Part shown: one piece after another, positions 16,451 through 31,406 of the stretch | How positions within the stretch are numbered: the stretch's first letter is position 1 | Layout of the letters: the number at the start of each line of letters is the position of its first letter | Source: the human T2T-CHM13v2.0 reference genome, Homo sapiens | Assembly: GCF_009914755.1 (NCBI RefSeq) | Contig: NC_060943.1 | Length of the DNA stretch: 64,000 nucleotides | Reading direction: 5' to 3' (one strand) | Made by a program: the position numbers and the translations under genes | The notes under the pieces: generated by a model | What the model saw: only the letters and a program-made list of their open reading frames with translations | What the model was told of the DNA's origin: nothing | Database searches by the model: none

Positions 16451-16475
16451 CTGTACAAAATAAGTACATTATTAA

Positions 16476-17220
<745 letters not shown>

Positions 17221-17409
17221 TAGCCTATATGTGGTTTCATAATAGTGTTTCCATGTAAACTTTTTTTGCAAACATATATATGTCTCATTTAAGTATATAT
17301 TTATAGAGAAAGTTTTCTAAGAATAAACAGATTGAAACTGGGCTTGTTTTTAGAATTTCCTGACAGTCTACGATTCTCTTGATGGACACTGCTTTCTCTT
17401 GAAAATTAC

Positions 17410-17470
17410 CTTAAATTTCTCCCAGGATTTTGGTACAGATCTTCAATGTTCTTATCTCCCCATTTCTTTC
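17410..17470 (-). pseudogene. KRAB-B-type exon (61 bp)
   Basis: tttag|GAAAGAAATGGGGAGATAAGAACATTGAAGAT...AATTTAAG|gtaatt; encodes KKWGDKNIEDLYQNPGRNL. Confidence 0.85.
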
Positions 17471-17750
17471 CTAAAATGCAGGTAGAGAAAAATCATTATG
17501 AATTATTACAAAATTATTTTAAAATTATTGAATTCTAGGTTCATGGTACACCATGACCATGGTACACTGGACTGCAATGGCACAATCTTGGCTCACTGCC
17601 ACTTCTACCTCCCAGGCTCAAGCAATCCTCCCACCTCAGCCTCCCAAGTTAGGGGGGGCTACAAGTGTGTGCCAGCACACCAGCTAATTTTTTTGCCTAT
17701 ATATTTATCAAAGTATTTCTTTTCTACATTCCAAATCATTGAGCAGCTCA

Positions 17751-17996
<246 letters not shown>

Positions 17997-18289
17997 TTAC
18001 CACATAATAAGTTCACATGATTCCATGTTCTCCAAACATTTCTTCTATGACTTGGTTATCACACCTCTTACGCTGTGTATACTTACTTCCTCTCACATAG
18101 CAATTCCGATGCTAGAATTATTTGGTAAAGCAACCATGAAACACAAATACAGGTCTCCTTGGTGGGTCCAGGGAGTAGGATGTACTGCCTGGGTCACCCT
18201 AATTTCTCTTCACACAGTGGGTCTATAGCACCTGTCATAAAAGTCCTCCTACCACCTAGTGTGCAGAAGAGACTTAACATTAGGAGTCC

Positions 18290-20007
<1,718 letters not shown>

Positions 20008-20008
<1 letters not shown>

Positions 20009-20415
20009 TGAGAGGCCACTGTTTTGGACTGAGCTCCTGCACTAGGCCCCAGCAGACCAGAACAAACCAAAATGGAGTCACTCAGGCTAAGTACCACATA
20101 ATCAAACTGAACCTTTAAGGAAGGAGGCAAATCCTCAAATGCACCAGTTTTTCCTGAGAGCAGGAGAGTCACAGCAACCAATAAAAAAAACAAAAATAAA
20201 ACCCAGCCAACCTGAGCTGGCATAATATATAATAAGGCCGCTTACAAAAAAGGAACCTAATGATTTTTTAAATTGTTCTGTTTTGTTGTTCCTCTTACAA
20301 GAATCACCTATTCCATTATACAAAGCAGGAGTTCTTATTCTATTTTATAGAATGGGATGCTTCTTCGGTTCAGGAATTGCGAATAAAAGCTAAGTAGATC
20401 TTTAAATTTGTTTTA
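20008..20415 (+). mobile_element. ERV1-class solo LTR (MER type, family uncertain)
   Basis: ttttggactgagctcctgcactaggcccc...accaaaatggagtcactca, with a CCAAT box and AATAAA near the end. Confidence 0.5.
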
Positions 20416-21610
20416 ATTTTTTTTAAACCTAAGGCAAATGTTTAACCCACCCTTAGCCAAAATACAAGGCCTTCTTTATTTCCCTCCGAAGAAGAGGCAG
20501 ACCTTAGGATAAAGCTTTCTTCTGGTCTCTGTCATCTCCCTGCCAACCACCACCACCACCACCATCACCTTCTCTCTAATCTTGTTTGCTCCTCCCTGTG
20601 AAAGAATCATTCCTAACCTTTGAGGTGTTTTTTCTTTTTCTTTCTTTTTTTTTTTTTTTTTTTGAGACTGAGTCTTGCTCTATCGCCCAGGCTGGAGGCA
20701 GTGACGTGATCTCAGGTCACTCCAACCTCTGCCCGCCCTGGGATTCAAGCAATTCTCCTGCCTCAGCCTCCTGAGTAGCTGGGATTACAGGTTTCTGCCA
20801 CCACGCCCAGCTAATTTTTGTATTTTTAGTAGAGACAGAGTTTTGCCATGTTACTCAGGCTGGTCTTGAACTCCTGACTTCAAGTGATCTACCCGTCTTG
20901 GCCTCCCAAAGAGCTGGGATTACAGGCGTGAGCCACCACGCCCAGCTGAGATGCTTTTTCAAGAGTCGCCTTAACATGAAGTCACTGTGTGAGGGTTTCG
21001 GCTCTCGAGTCAAGATAATTCACTTACTTTTAAAAGAAAATACTCAGCGTTTGAAGAAACCAACAAAATCCCTCAAACTCAGTGTCCATATAGATAGGCA
21101 GGGAAGACAAATTGTAAGGCGCTTGTATTTTATATAGCTCAACAAGAGAAGCACAAGTATCTATCCCTTTCAGACAACAAAGATGTGCCATTTAATTATT
21201 ATTTCCATGACAATACACAGTTGAATAAATCATTATATTTGAATGCTTCTTGGTGTTGCCAAGTCCTGACCCACAGGGTTTTGTATTAATCTCTGAAGTC
21301 CAGGTACCAGGAAAGAGAAGAGTTATTCACCGTCACAAGTTCTCACTCTGGAAAGGAGAAAAATGGATGTTTTAATGAATCTTTGTAATTTACCAATTTA
21401 ACTATGACACTTTATTGTGGAAATGTATTCATTTCGCTGCAGCCATAATGGAAGAGTGATTTTCCTTACTTTGCTGAGATTCTCAGCCCCAGTAGCCTTC
21501 TCAAGGCTAAGCCCTGGAATTCCATTTGAAATCACCCAAAAGAAAAGAACAAATATGAGAAATGTATCACACGCCATCTGGGTAAGACAAAATGTAAATT
21601 AAAAGCTTTA

Positions 21611-21904
<294 letters not shown>

Positions 21905-22860
21905 TTAATGGATGAAATATAAGGCTAGACATTTCTTTTCTTTTTTCTTTTTTTTCTGAAATACACCTCTTTCTTGCCTCCTTGGATATATTCTATCTTG
22001 TCTATCAAACTCTACTAATAAAATCCATTTGATATTTAATTTTTTAAAAACTGAGGTTCAGGCTGGGTGCAGTGGCTCACACCTGTAATCCCAGCACTTT
22101 GGGAGTTTGAGGCAGGAAGATCGCTTGAGCCCGGGAGTTTGAGGTCAGCCTAGGCAATGTAGTGAGACCCTGACTCTATTATAAGTAAGTAAGTGAAAAA
22201 AAAATTTTCAAGGTGACAAACCCAGGGAGGGGTAGGGCAAACTGGAATACCGGCAAGTCTGACTCAAGTGTCAGATCAGGTCATCCTATATAACCTCAGA
22301 CATGCCCCAAACCCTGTGCTGCTCACATATATACTCAGTGACCACCCTCCCAGAAGACACTGCATTGTGTGCGTTTCAGCTTTTTGCGTCACCTCAGTGA
22401 AGGTGGTTTTCCTGTCCTTAGCCATAGTTTTCTCCCTTCACTAGGCTAAGAGGATTCAAAGGACAGGGATCATTCCAGTCTTTTCCCTTCAATAGCAGCA
22501 TCTGAGTGGCTGACCAGAGAGGTATTTCCAAGAAGTGAAAACTGGGCTTGGGGTGAGAAAAGCTAAATGTCCTAAGGGGTTTCCTTTTAGATGACGGAGG
22601 GAGATACCAGGGGACTCCTCCCTCCCGGGAGGTAGGGGGAGGGGGTGCACCCGGCGGCTCCCCTGAGAGGCCCCACAGGCACATCTCAGGCTGTCCTCTG
22701 GGAAGAAATGACCCAGGAGCTGATATTCATGACCCTCCAAGAGACCCGGCAGCTTGTGGGCATCTCAGATGAGCCCCAGGCAGTTCTGAAACCCAGGACC
22801 AGGAAAAGATAAGAGGGTGGGCTGAGGTCACATCACCCTGTAACGTTTCCAAAAGGGAAC

Positions 22861-23323
22861 TGTCAGGCCTCTGAGCCGAAGCTCAGCCATTGTAACCCCT
22901 GTGACCTGCACATATATGTCCAGGTGGCCTACAGGAGCCAAGAAGTCTGGAGCAGCTGAAAAACAAGGAAGTGAAACAGCCAATTCCTGCCTTAACTAAT
23001 TAACCCACCTTACGACATTCCACCATTATGACGTGTTCCTGCCCTGCCCCAACTGATCAATCGACCCTGTGACATTCTTCTGGACAATGAGTCCCATCAT
23101 CTCTCCACCATGCACCTTGTGACTCCCTCCTCTGCTGACAACAGATAACCACCTTTAACTGTAACTTTCCACAGCCTACCCCAGCCCTATAAAGCTGCCC
23201 CTCTCCTATCTCCCTTCGCTGACTCTCTTTTCAGACTCAGCCCACTTGCACCCAAGTGAATTAACAGCCTTGTTGCTCACACAAAGCCTGTTTAGGTGGT
23301 CTTCTATACGGACATGCTTGACA
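22861..23323 (+). promoter_or_regulatory. 5' LTR (463 bp), the UCA1 promoter
   Basis: tgtcaggcctctgagcc...gcttgaca. TATAAA at 23188-23193, CATTCCA at 23016-23022, AGGAAGT at 22966, TGACGTG at 23029, AGATAA at 23143. Confidence 0.9.
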
Positions 23324-23325
23324 CT

Positions 23326-23343
23326 TGGTGCCAAAATCTGGGC
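23326..23343 (+). other. Primer-binding site, tRNA-Phe-like
   Basis: TGGTGCCAAAATCTGGGC matches Phe (TGGTGCCGAAACCCGGGA) at 14/18 and His (TGGTGCCGTGACTCGGAT) at 10/18. Confidence 0.75.
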
Positions 23344-23864
23344 CAGGGGGACTCCTTCGTGAGACCGGCCCCCTGTCCTGGCCCTCATTCCGTGAAGAGA
23401 TCCACCTGCGACCTCGGGTCCTCAGACCAGCCCAAGGAACATCTCACCAATTTCAAATCGGGTAAGTGGTCTCTTCACTCTTTTCTCCAGCCTCTCTCGC
23501 TACCCTCCAATCTCCCTGTCCAGTCTTTTTCTTCTCTACTAGAGACAAAGGAGACACATTTTATCCGTGGACCCAAAACTCTGGCGCTGGTCACAGACTC
23601 AGGAAGACAGTCTTCCCTTGGTGTCTAATCACTGCGGGGACGCCTGCCTAATTATTCACCCACATTCCACTGGTGTCTGATCACCTTGGGGATGCCTGCC
23701 TTGGTCATTCACCCACATTCCCATGGTGGCAAGTCATTTGCGGGGACGCCTGCTTTGGCTGCTCACCCCCGCCCTTCTCCGTGTCTCTACTTCTCTCTTT
23801 AAACTTACCTCCTTCACTTTGGGCAATCTTCCGCCCTCCATTCCTCCCTCTTCCCCCTTAGCCT

Positions 23865-25406
23865 GTGTACTTAAAAACTTCTCTTAAACTAACACCTGAT
23901 ATAAAACTCAAACGTCTTATTTTCTTCTGCAATACTGCTTGGCCGCAATATAAACTTGACAATGGTTCCAAGTGGCCAGAAAATGGCACTTTTGATTTCT
24001 CCATCCTACAAGACCTAGATCATTTTTGTCAAAAAATGGGCACATGGTCTGAGGTGCCTTGCGTCCAGGCATTTTTTACACTTCGCTCCCTCCCAAGCCT
24101 CTGCTCCCAATGTGACTCATCCCAAATTTTTCTTCTTTCTCTCCCGTCCGTTCCTTCAGTCTCTACCCCAACCTCAGAGTCCCCTGAATCCCCCTTTTCT
24201 GCAGACCCCTCTGACCTCTCTCCCCCTCCCCAGGCCACTCCTTGGCAGGCTGAATCAAGTCCCAATTCTTCCTCAGCCTCCGCTCCCCCATCTTATAATT
24301 CTTCTATCACCTCCCCTCCTCAAACTTGGTCAGGCTTAGTTTCATTCCATGACTAGCTCTCCCCCACCTGCCCAACAATTTCCTCATAGAGAGGTGGCTG
24401 GAGCTGAGGGCACAGTAAAGGTTCATATACCTTTTTCTCTATCAGACCTTTCCCAATCAGTCAGCGTCTGGGCTCTTTCTCATCAGACCCCACTAAATAT
24501 ACACAGGAATTCCAATATTTGACTCAGTCCTACACTTTAACCTGCAGTGACCTAAATGTCATCCTGACCTCTACCCTCTCCCCAGATGAGCAGGAAAGAG
24601 TTTATACCCTAGCCCAATCTCACGCTAACACCCGCCGGCATCATGAGCCAGACCTCCAAGAAGGCATCAGGGCAGTTCCCTGAGAGGATCCTTGATGGGA
24701 ATACCAGACAGGCTCCCCAGGTATAGCTAGGCGAGATTACATGGTCTCTTGCCTAGCTGAAGGGCTGAAAAAGGCAGCATACAAAGCTGTTAATTATGAC
24801 AAGCTTTAAGAAGCCACCCAAGGTAAAGATGAAAATCCAGCCCAGTTCATGGCCCGTTTGGTGGCTACCCTTAGAAACTTTACAGCCCTAGACCCTGAAG
24901 GGCCAGAAGGCCATCTTATTCTCAATATGCATTTTATCACTCAGTCAGCTCCTGACATTACAAAAAAAGCTTCAAAAATTGGAATCTGGCCCTCAAACCC
25001 CACAACAGGAATTAATCAATCTCGCCTTCAAGGTGTTCAACAATAGAGAAGAGGCAGCCAAGCAGCAACGTCTTTCAGAGCTGCAATTGCTTGCCTCTGC
25101 TGTAAGACAAACCCCAGCCATGCCTTCAGCACACAAAAACTTCAGAGCAACCAAACCACAGCCTCTAGGCACTCCTTTAAAACCATCTCATGGACCTTGC
25201 TTCAAGTGCCGCAAAACTGGCCACTGGGCCAAGGAATGCCTGCAGCCCGGGATTCCTCCTAAGCCTGTCCCACCTGTGCGGGACCCCACTGGAAATCGGA
25301 CTGTCCAACTAATATCACAGCCCCTTCTAGGGTCCCTGGAGCTCTGGCTCAAAGCTCTCTGGCTGACTCCTTCCCAGATCTCCTCGGCTTAGTGGCTGAA
25401 GACTGA
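23865..25406 (+). pseudogene. HERV-H gag remnant (MA, CA, NC)
   Basis: LIFFCNTAWPQYKLDNGSKWPENGT; MHR-like region QGKDENPAQFMARL; zinc knuckle CFKCRKTGHWAKEC. Several stops and frameshifts. Confidence 0.9.
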
Positions 25407-28400
25407 TGCTGCCCGATCGCCTCAGAAGCCCCTTGGACCATCACAGATGCCGAGCTTCGGGTAACTCTTACGGTGGAGGGTAAGTCCATCCCCTTTTTAA
25501 TCAATACGGGGGCTACCCACCCCACATTACCTTCTTTTCAAGGGCCTGTTTCCTTTGCCCCCGTAACTGCCGTGGGTATTGACGGCCAAGCTTCTAAACC
25601 CCTTAAAACTCCCCAACTCTGGTGCCAACTTGGACAACATTCTTTTATGCACTCCTTTTTAGTTAACCCCACCTGCCCAGTTCCCTTATTAGGCTGAGAT
25701 ATTTTAACCACATTATCTGCTTCCCTGACTATTGCTGGGCTACAGCCACACCCCATTGCTGTCCTTTTCCCCAATTCAAGGCCTCTTTCGCATCCTCCCC
25801 TTGTATCTCCCCACCTTAATCCTCAAGTATAGGATACTTCTACTCTTTCTTTGGCAACTGACCATGCACTCCTTACCATTCCATTAAAACCTAATCACCC
25901 TTACCCTGCTCAATACCAGTATCCCAGCCCGCAGCAGGCTTTAAAGGGAACTGAAGCCTGTTATCACTTGCCTGTTACAACGTGGCCTTTTGAAGCCTAC
26001 AAATTCTCCTTACAACTCCCCTATCCTACCCATCCAGAAACCGGACAAGTCCTAGAGGCTAGTTCAAGACCTTCACCTCATAAATCAGATTGTCCTTCCC
26101 ATCCATCCTGTTGTGCCAAACCCTATACTCTCCTCTCCTCGACACCCCCTTCCACAACTCATTATTCTGTTATCCACCTCAAAGATGCCTTCTTTACCAT
26201 CCCCTTGCATCCCTCCTCCCAACCTCTTTTCATCTTTACTTGGACTGACCCTGACACCCACCAGTCCCAGCAATTCACCTGGATTGTCCGACCCCAAAGT
26301 TTCAGGGACAGCCCACACTACTTTGGTCAGGCCCTCTCTCATGACTTTCTTTCTGCCCATCTGCCTCCCACCTTATTCAATATGTTGAAGACCTTCTTCT
26401 TTGCAGCCCTTCTTACCAATCTTCCCAGCAGGACACTATCCTATCCTACTTCTTCAATATCTCTACTCAAAGGGGTACTGAGTATCCCCCTCTAAAGCTC
26501 ATATTTCCTCCCCTAGTGTTACATATCTCGACATAGTCCTCCATCAACATACACGCACTCTTCCTGCAGACTGTGTTCAGTTAATCTCCCAGACCCTATT
26601 CCCCACCACCAAACAACAACTCCTTTCCTTCTTAGGCGTTGTTGGATACTTCCGACTCTGGGTACCAAGGTTTTGCCATTCTAACCAAACTGCTTTACAA
26701 ACTCACTAAAGGTAATTTAGCTGATCCCATAGACCATAAGTCCTTTCCCCATGCTTCCTTTCATTCTCTCAAAAAGGCCCTAGAAACAGCTCCCACACTA
26801 GCACTCCCTGACTTGTCCCAACCTTTTTCCTTACACACAGCTGAAACACAAGGCTGTGCTGCTGGAGTTCTCACACAGGAGCCAGGCCCACGACCTATAG
26901 CCTTTCTATCCAAACAACTTGACCTCACAATTCTAGGCTGGCCCTCATGTCTACATGTGGTGGCAGCTGCCGCTTTAACACTTCCAGAGTCTCTCAAAAT
27001 CACAGGCTATGCTCCACTTACCCTCTACAGTTCTCACAACCTTCAAGCATTAATATCCTCCTCACACCTTTCACACTTGCTGTCTGCCCCTCGACATCTC
27101 CAGCTCTATTCACTCTTTATTGAAACCCCAACAATAACTACTGCCCATGGGCCCGATTTCAACCCAGCTTCTCACTTAGCACCCAACACAAGTCCTGGCC
27201 AACATGATTGTATCTCCCTAATACACATAGCATCTTCCCCCTTTCCTCATATTTCTATTTTTCCAATCCCAAATCCAGACCACACTTGGTTTATTCATGG
27301 CAGTTCCTCTAAACCCAGTCAAATCTCGCCAGCTAAAGCTGGTTATGCTGTCGTGTCCCATACCTCTATTATTGAGGCTGCTGCACTTCCTCCCTCCACT
27401 ACTTCCCAACAAGCCAAACTGATTGCTTTAACTTGTGCACTCTCTGTCGCCAAAGGAATGCACATTAAAATTTATATTGACTCCTAATATGCTTTCCACA
27501 TCCTCCACAACCATGCTACCCTTTGGACTGAAAGAGGTTTTCTCACCACACAAGGCTCTTCCATTATCAATACCTCTCTAATAAAGGCCCTCCTTAATGC
27601 TGCTCTCTTGCTGGCCAAAGCTGGGTTCATTCATTGTAAAGGACACCAGAAACCAACTGATCTTATTGCTAAAGGAAATGCCTACGCCAACAGGACAGCA
27701 AAAGAAACAGCAAATGCCTCCACGCCTGCAAATATTCTAGCCCTCACCCCAAAAGGCTAGTACTTTTCTTTCTTCTCTATCACCCCCACCTACTCCTCTT
27801 CTAAAAAACCTGCTCTACCAGTCTTTTCCAACTCAGGGCAAGTGGTTCTTAGATCATGGAAAATTCGTTCTTCCTGCCTCACAAGCCCAGTCTACTCTCT
27901 CTTCCCTTCATGACCATTTCCATATAGGATATAAGCCTCTGGCTGGCCTCCTACAGCCCCTCATTTCCATCCCATCATGGAAATCCATCCTTAAAACCAT
28001 CACCTCTCAATGCTCTGTCTGCCATGCCACCAACCCCCGAGGTCTTCTCAGGCCTCCTCCTTTTCCTACGCATCAGGCTCATGGATTTCCTCCGACACAA
28101 GATTGGCAAATTGACTTTATTCATATGCCGCGTGTCTGTAAATTTAAATATCTCCTGGTTTGGGCCAATACCTTCACCGGATGGGTCGAGGCCTTTCCCA
28201 CTAGCTCTGAAAGGCTACTACAGTCATTTCTTCCCTTCTGACAGATATAATCCCCCAATTTGGCCTCCCTACTTCCACAGTTTCTCAGGCTCTTGGTATT
28301 CAGTGGAAACTTCATACCCCCTACCGTCCTCAATCTTCAGGAAAGGTAGAACGGATGAATGGTCTTTTAAAAACACACCTCACCAAGCTCAGCCTCCAAC

Positions 28401-28850
28401 TTAAAAAGGACTGGACAGTACTTTTACCACTTGCCCTCCTCAGAATTAGGGCCTGTCCTTGAGAAGCCACAGGGTACAACCCATTTCAATTTTATATGGA
28501 TGCACCTTCTTACTCAGCCACAATCTTGTTCCAGACACCAGCCCCCTGGGCAACTATCTTCCAGTCCTCTAGCAGGCTAGACAGGAAATTTGCCAAGCTG
28601 CTAATCTTCTCTTGCCTACTCCAGATTCCCAGCCATATGAAGACACCCTAGCTGGACGATCAGTCCTTGTCAAAAGTCTGACCCCTCAAACTCTACAGCC
28701 TCAATGGACCAGACCCTACCCGGTCATTTATAGCACACCAACTGCCGTCCATCTGCAGGACCCTCTCCATTGGGTTCACCATTCCAGAATAAAGCCATGC
28801 CCATCAGACAGCCAGCTTGATCTCTCCTCTTCCTCCTGGAAGCCACAAGA
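25407..28850 (+). pseudogene. HERV-H pro-pol remnant (protease, RT, RNase H, integrase)
   Basis: FLINTGA (catalytic D changed to N, 25503), HLKDAFFTIPL, PQSFRDSPHYF, QYVEDLL (26381-26392), IAFLSKQLD, TTSQQAKLIAL and WQIDF. Frameshifts and stops throughout. Confidence 0.9.
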
Positions 28851-29813
28851 TTAGGCCGAGAGCCGATCAGACAAACAACCTACAACCCTTAAGCTCCTGG
28901 CAGCGCCCAGCCAAGGCCATGCTTCCATGCAACACTCCTTCCAAATGGCCATCCCAGCATGCTTCCAAGCAGGCTTCATCCGTTCCTCTGGACCCTCATC
29001 TCTTAAGACCTGCCGCCTATAAAAAGGATTATATCTTGAGACCCTATCCTCTAAAATTTTTTCCACACCCAAAACAAAAAATCTCTGGGTCAAAAGTCTA
29101 AAACGCTTAGGCTGGCAACCATCAGATCCTTGCCCATGGTGTCCTCAAGCCTACTCTCATGAAATGGACAACAGTACACGCATATGGGGCCAGTTCCACA
29201 TATTTGGCAACCAGACCAGCATCCAGGACAACACAAAGTATGTTGTTTGTTGTTAGAGGGCTTGGGACATTTCACTCTTTGCCAGCCTCAGCTTAATCCA
29301 GGAGACAAAGATTATTTTCCTTATTATCTCTTCTGCATAGGATCTGCAATCAGAACTATTGAACTTCTCCATTCAGACCGCCACTCACACCTATGGGAAA
29401 AGGGTAATGTATCATCGGCTTAGCAACAGGGAATACTATTCGTATGATGGAAAATGGGGACAAAAGGCTTTGGTACATAAAACATTATTCCTTCCTTGGC
29501 CTAAAAACTCATCGCCACCTACATTAAAGCTAATATGCCTGATTACTGTTTTTAGAGAACTTATTTTATTAGGGCAGTTCCAAGCTCAAAAATACGCTAA
29601 CTGGCACCTTGTTAGCTACATAAAAATGCACCCTAGACCCGAAACTTACTAGACTCATTATAAAATTTTCTTTAAGGTGTCCACGCAGTCCCTGGTCACA
29701 CTTGAAGCAGTCCGGAGAAATATCAGCCCTACCCCAGTAATCCCCAGAAGGAACTTACACTTTTTTTTAATCTTTTCCTACAACTTCATATTTTATAAAT
29801 AAAAAGACAAAAA

Positions 29814-30293
29814 TGTCAGGCCTGTGAGCTGAAGCTTAGCCATTGTAACCCCTGTGACCTGCACATATCCGTCCAGGTGGCCTGCAGGAGCCAAGAAGTC
29901 TGGAGCAGCCGAAAAACCACAAAGAAGTGAAACAGCCAGTTTCTGCCTTAACTAATTAACCCACCTTACGACATTCCACCATTATGACTTGTCCACCATT
30001 ATGACTTGTTCCTGCCCTGCCCCAACTGATCAATCAACCCTGTGACATTCTTCTCCTGGACAATGAGTCCCATCATCTCTCCACCATGCACCTTGTGACC
30101 CCCTCCTCTGCTGAGGATAACCACCTTTAACTGTAACTTTCCACGCCTACCCAAGCCCTATAAAGCTGCCCCTCTCCTATCTCCCTTCACTGACTCTCTT
30201 TTCGGACTCAGCCCACTTGCACCCAAGTGAATTAACAGCCTTGTTGCTCACACAAAGCCTGATTGGGTGTCTTCTATACGGACACGCGTGACA
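29814..30293 (+). mobile_element. 3' LTR (480 bp) with a 17-bp tandem duplication
   Basis: Preceded by a purine-rich PPT aaataaaaagacaaaaa. TCCACCATTATGACTTG is duplicated at 29975-30008. Confidence 0.92.
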
Positions 30294-30539
30294 GGAACCT
30301 CAACCCAAAGGCAGTCTGATGAGGTGTCTAAGATAAAAGTAGCGGCACAAAGGCTTTTGTAAACAGAGGCGTTTCATGTGGTTTTCCTTTCCTTTCCTTA
30401 TATGTGAAAAGGTGACAGAAAAGAAATCTTCCTAAAAGAGTCAGCCACTGCTCTGTGGAACGATGATCATTTAAATGCCACGTCGATTTGAAACGTACAA
30501 CAAAGGGACTAACAGTTGAGAACCATGTGGATTGCAGTG

Positions 30540-31350
30540 GAGACGCTGGCGTTAGAGAATGCGGGGAGGGAAACGTTCATTACAAGATTTACGGCCAGCC
30601 CAAGGGGGAGCGAGGCTGGGGGACCGGGTCGCGGAGACCCGGCTTCGCACACCTTTTGGAAGACTCAGGGAGAAGCGGGGGCCGCCTTCGGGGGGAAAGG
30701 CGGGACTGGGGAGCCCACAGGCCATGGCTCCTCCCACAGGATCCCCAGGCCGGAGGCGGGATCCCCCCATGATCCTCCCGTGGCCCCCGCACAATCTGGG
30801 GAGATGCGGAGCTGCCCAGAGAGGGCTCTGGGGCGACAGTCACTGCGCAGGGACAGGACAGGACTCCCGGAGTCCCAGCTGCCGGCCCAGCCCCACCCTG
30901 CGGCCGAGAGGACCGAGGGCCGAGCTGCTCCAGGGGAACTCGGGTCCCAGACCCCGGAGTCGCAGCGGACAGGCCCGGGTCCCGCCACAGCCAGATCCGG
31001 CTGGTTCCACCAGCTCCTCCTCCGGTCTCGGGACGTCCGGCCCCGCACACTCAGCATTTCCGGCTTCCGGGTGTCCCGGCGTCCTCCCCTGGGCCTGCTC
31101 ACGTCGCAGAGGGGCGGCGACGGGGATTAGAGGGGAGGAGGGCCTGCGCGAGCAGCAAAGACCCCAAACCCCAAAAAACAAAGAAACCGCCAGAAACTGA
31201 AGCTTCCACAGCCCGCCACGTCCCCCGGCTACGGCTACGCTCCTGATTGGATAGTTAGTACGGCCCCTAGTGCCCCTGATTGGATACCGCTTCAGGTCCC
31301 GCCCCCTGGGGTTAGAAAGACAGGAGACCCGAGAAGACACTTGGCTGCGT
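30540..31350 (-). promoter_or_regulatory. CpG island: promoter and exon 1 of the KRAB-ZNF pseudogene; probable source of a transcript antisense to UCA1
   Basis: Dense CpG. Tandem CCAAT boxes (ATTGG at 31246 and 31279, 33 bp apart), GC box at 31298-31305 and tandem ETS CCGGAA motifs at 31058-31070. Confidence 0.85.
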
Positions 31351-31406
31351 GGAGCCCAAATGGGCGGTTCCTGGCAACTGGGCTTGTTGTCTTCCTCGTG
31401 TCAGGA

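Larger units (their letters stand above)
22861..30293 (+). mobile_element. HERV-H provirus with two LTR7-family (LTR7C-like) LTRs; gag-pro-pol defective, env largely absent
   Basis: Paired TG...CA LTRs, 5-bp TSD GGAAC (22856-22860 and 30294-30298), PBS, PPT and gag/pol motifs. Confidence 0.95.
23070..30440 (+). ncRNA. UCA1: UCA1 lncRNA; exons about 23070-23461, 25378-25479 and 28625 to about 29545 (short form) or about 30440 (long form)
   Basis: Donors G|GTAAGT at 23461/2 and 25479/80, acceptors CAG|ATC at 25378 and CAG|ATT at 28625, ATTAAA at 29523. The spliced sequence matches UCA1 as I recall it. The 5' and 3' ends are approximate. Confidence 0.9.

Noticed and set aside
26639-27487. 282-aa RT-connection/RNase H ORF as a functional protein
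   Set aside because: Fragment of a frameshifted pol with catalytic motifs mutated elsewhere, and it is spliced out of UCA1.
30488-31340. Six-frame cluster of 80-213 aa ORFs
   Set aside because: Expected in a GC-rich CpG island. Only the exon-1 ATG at 31057 has family context.
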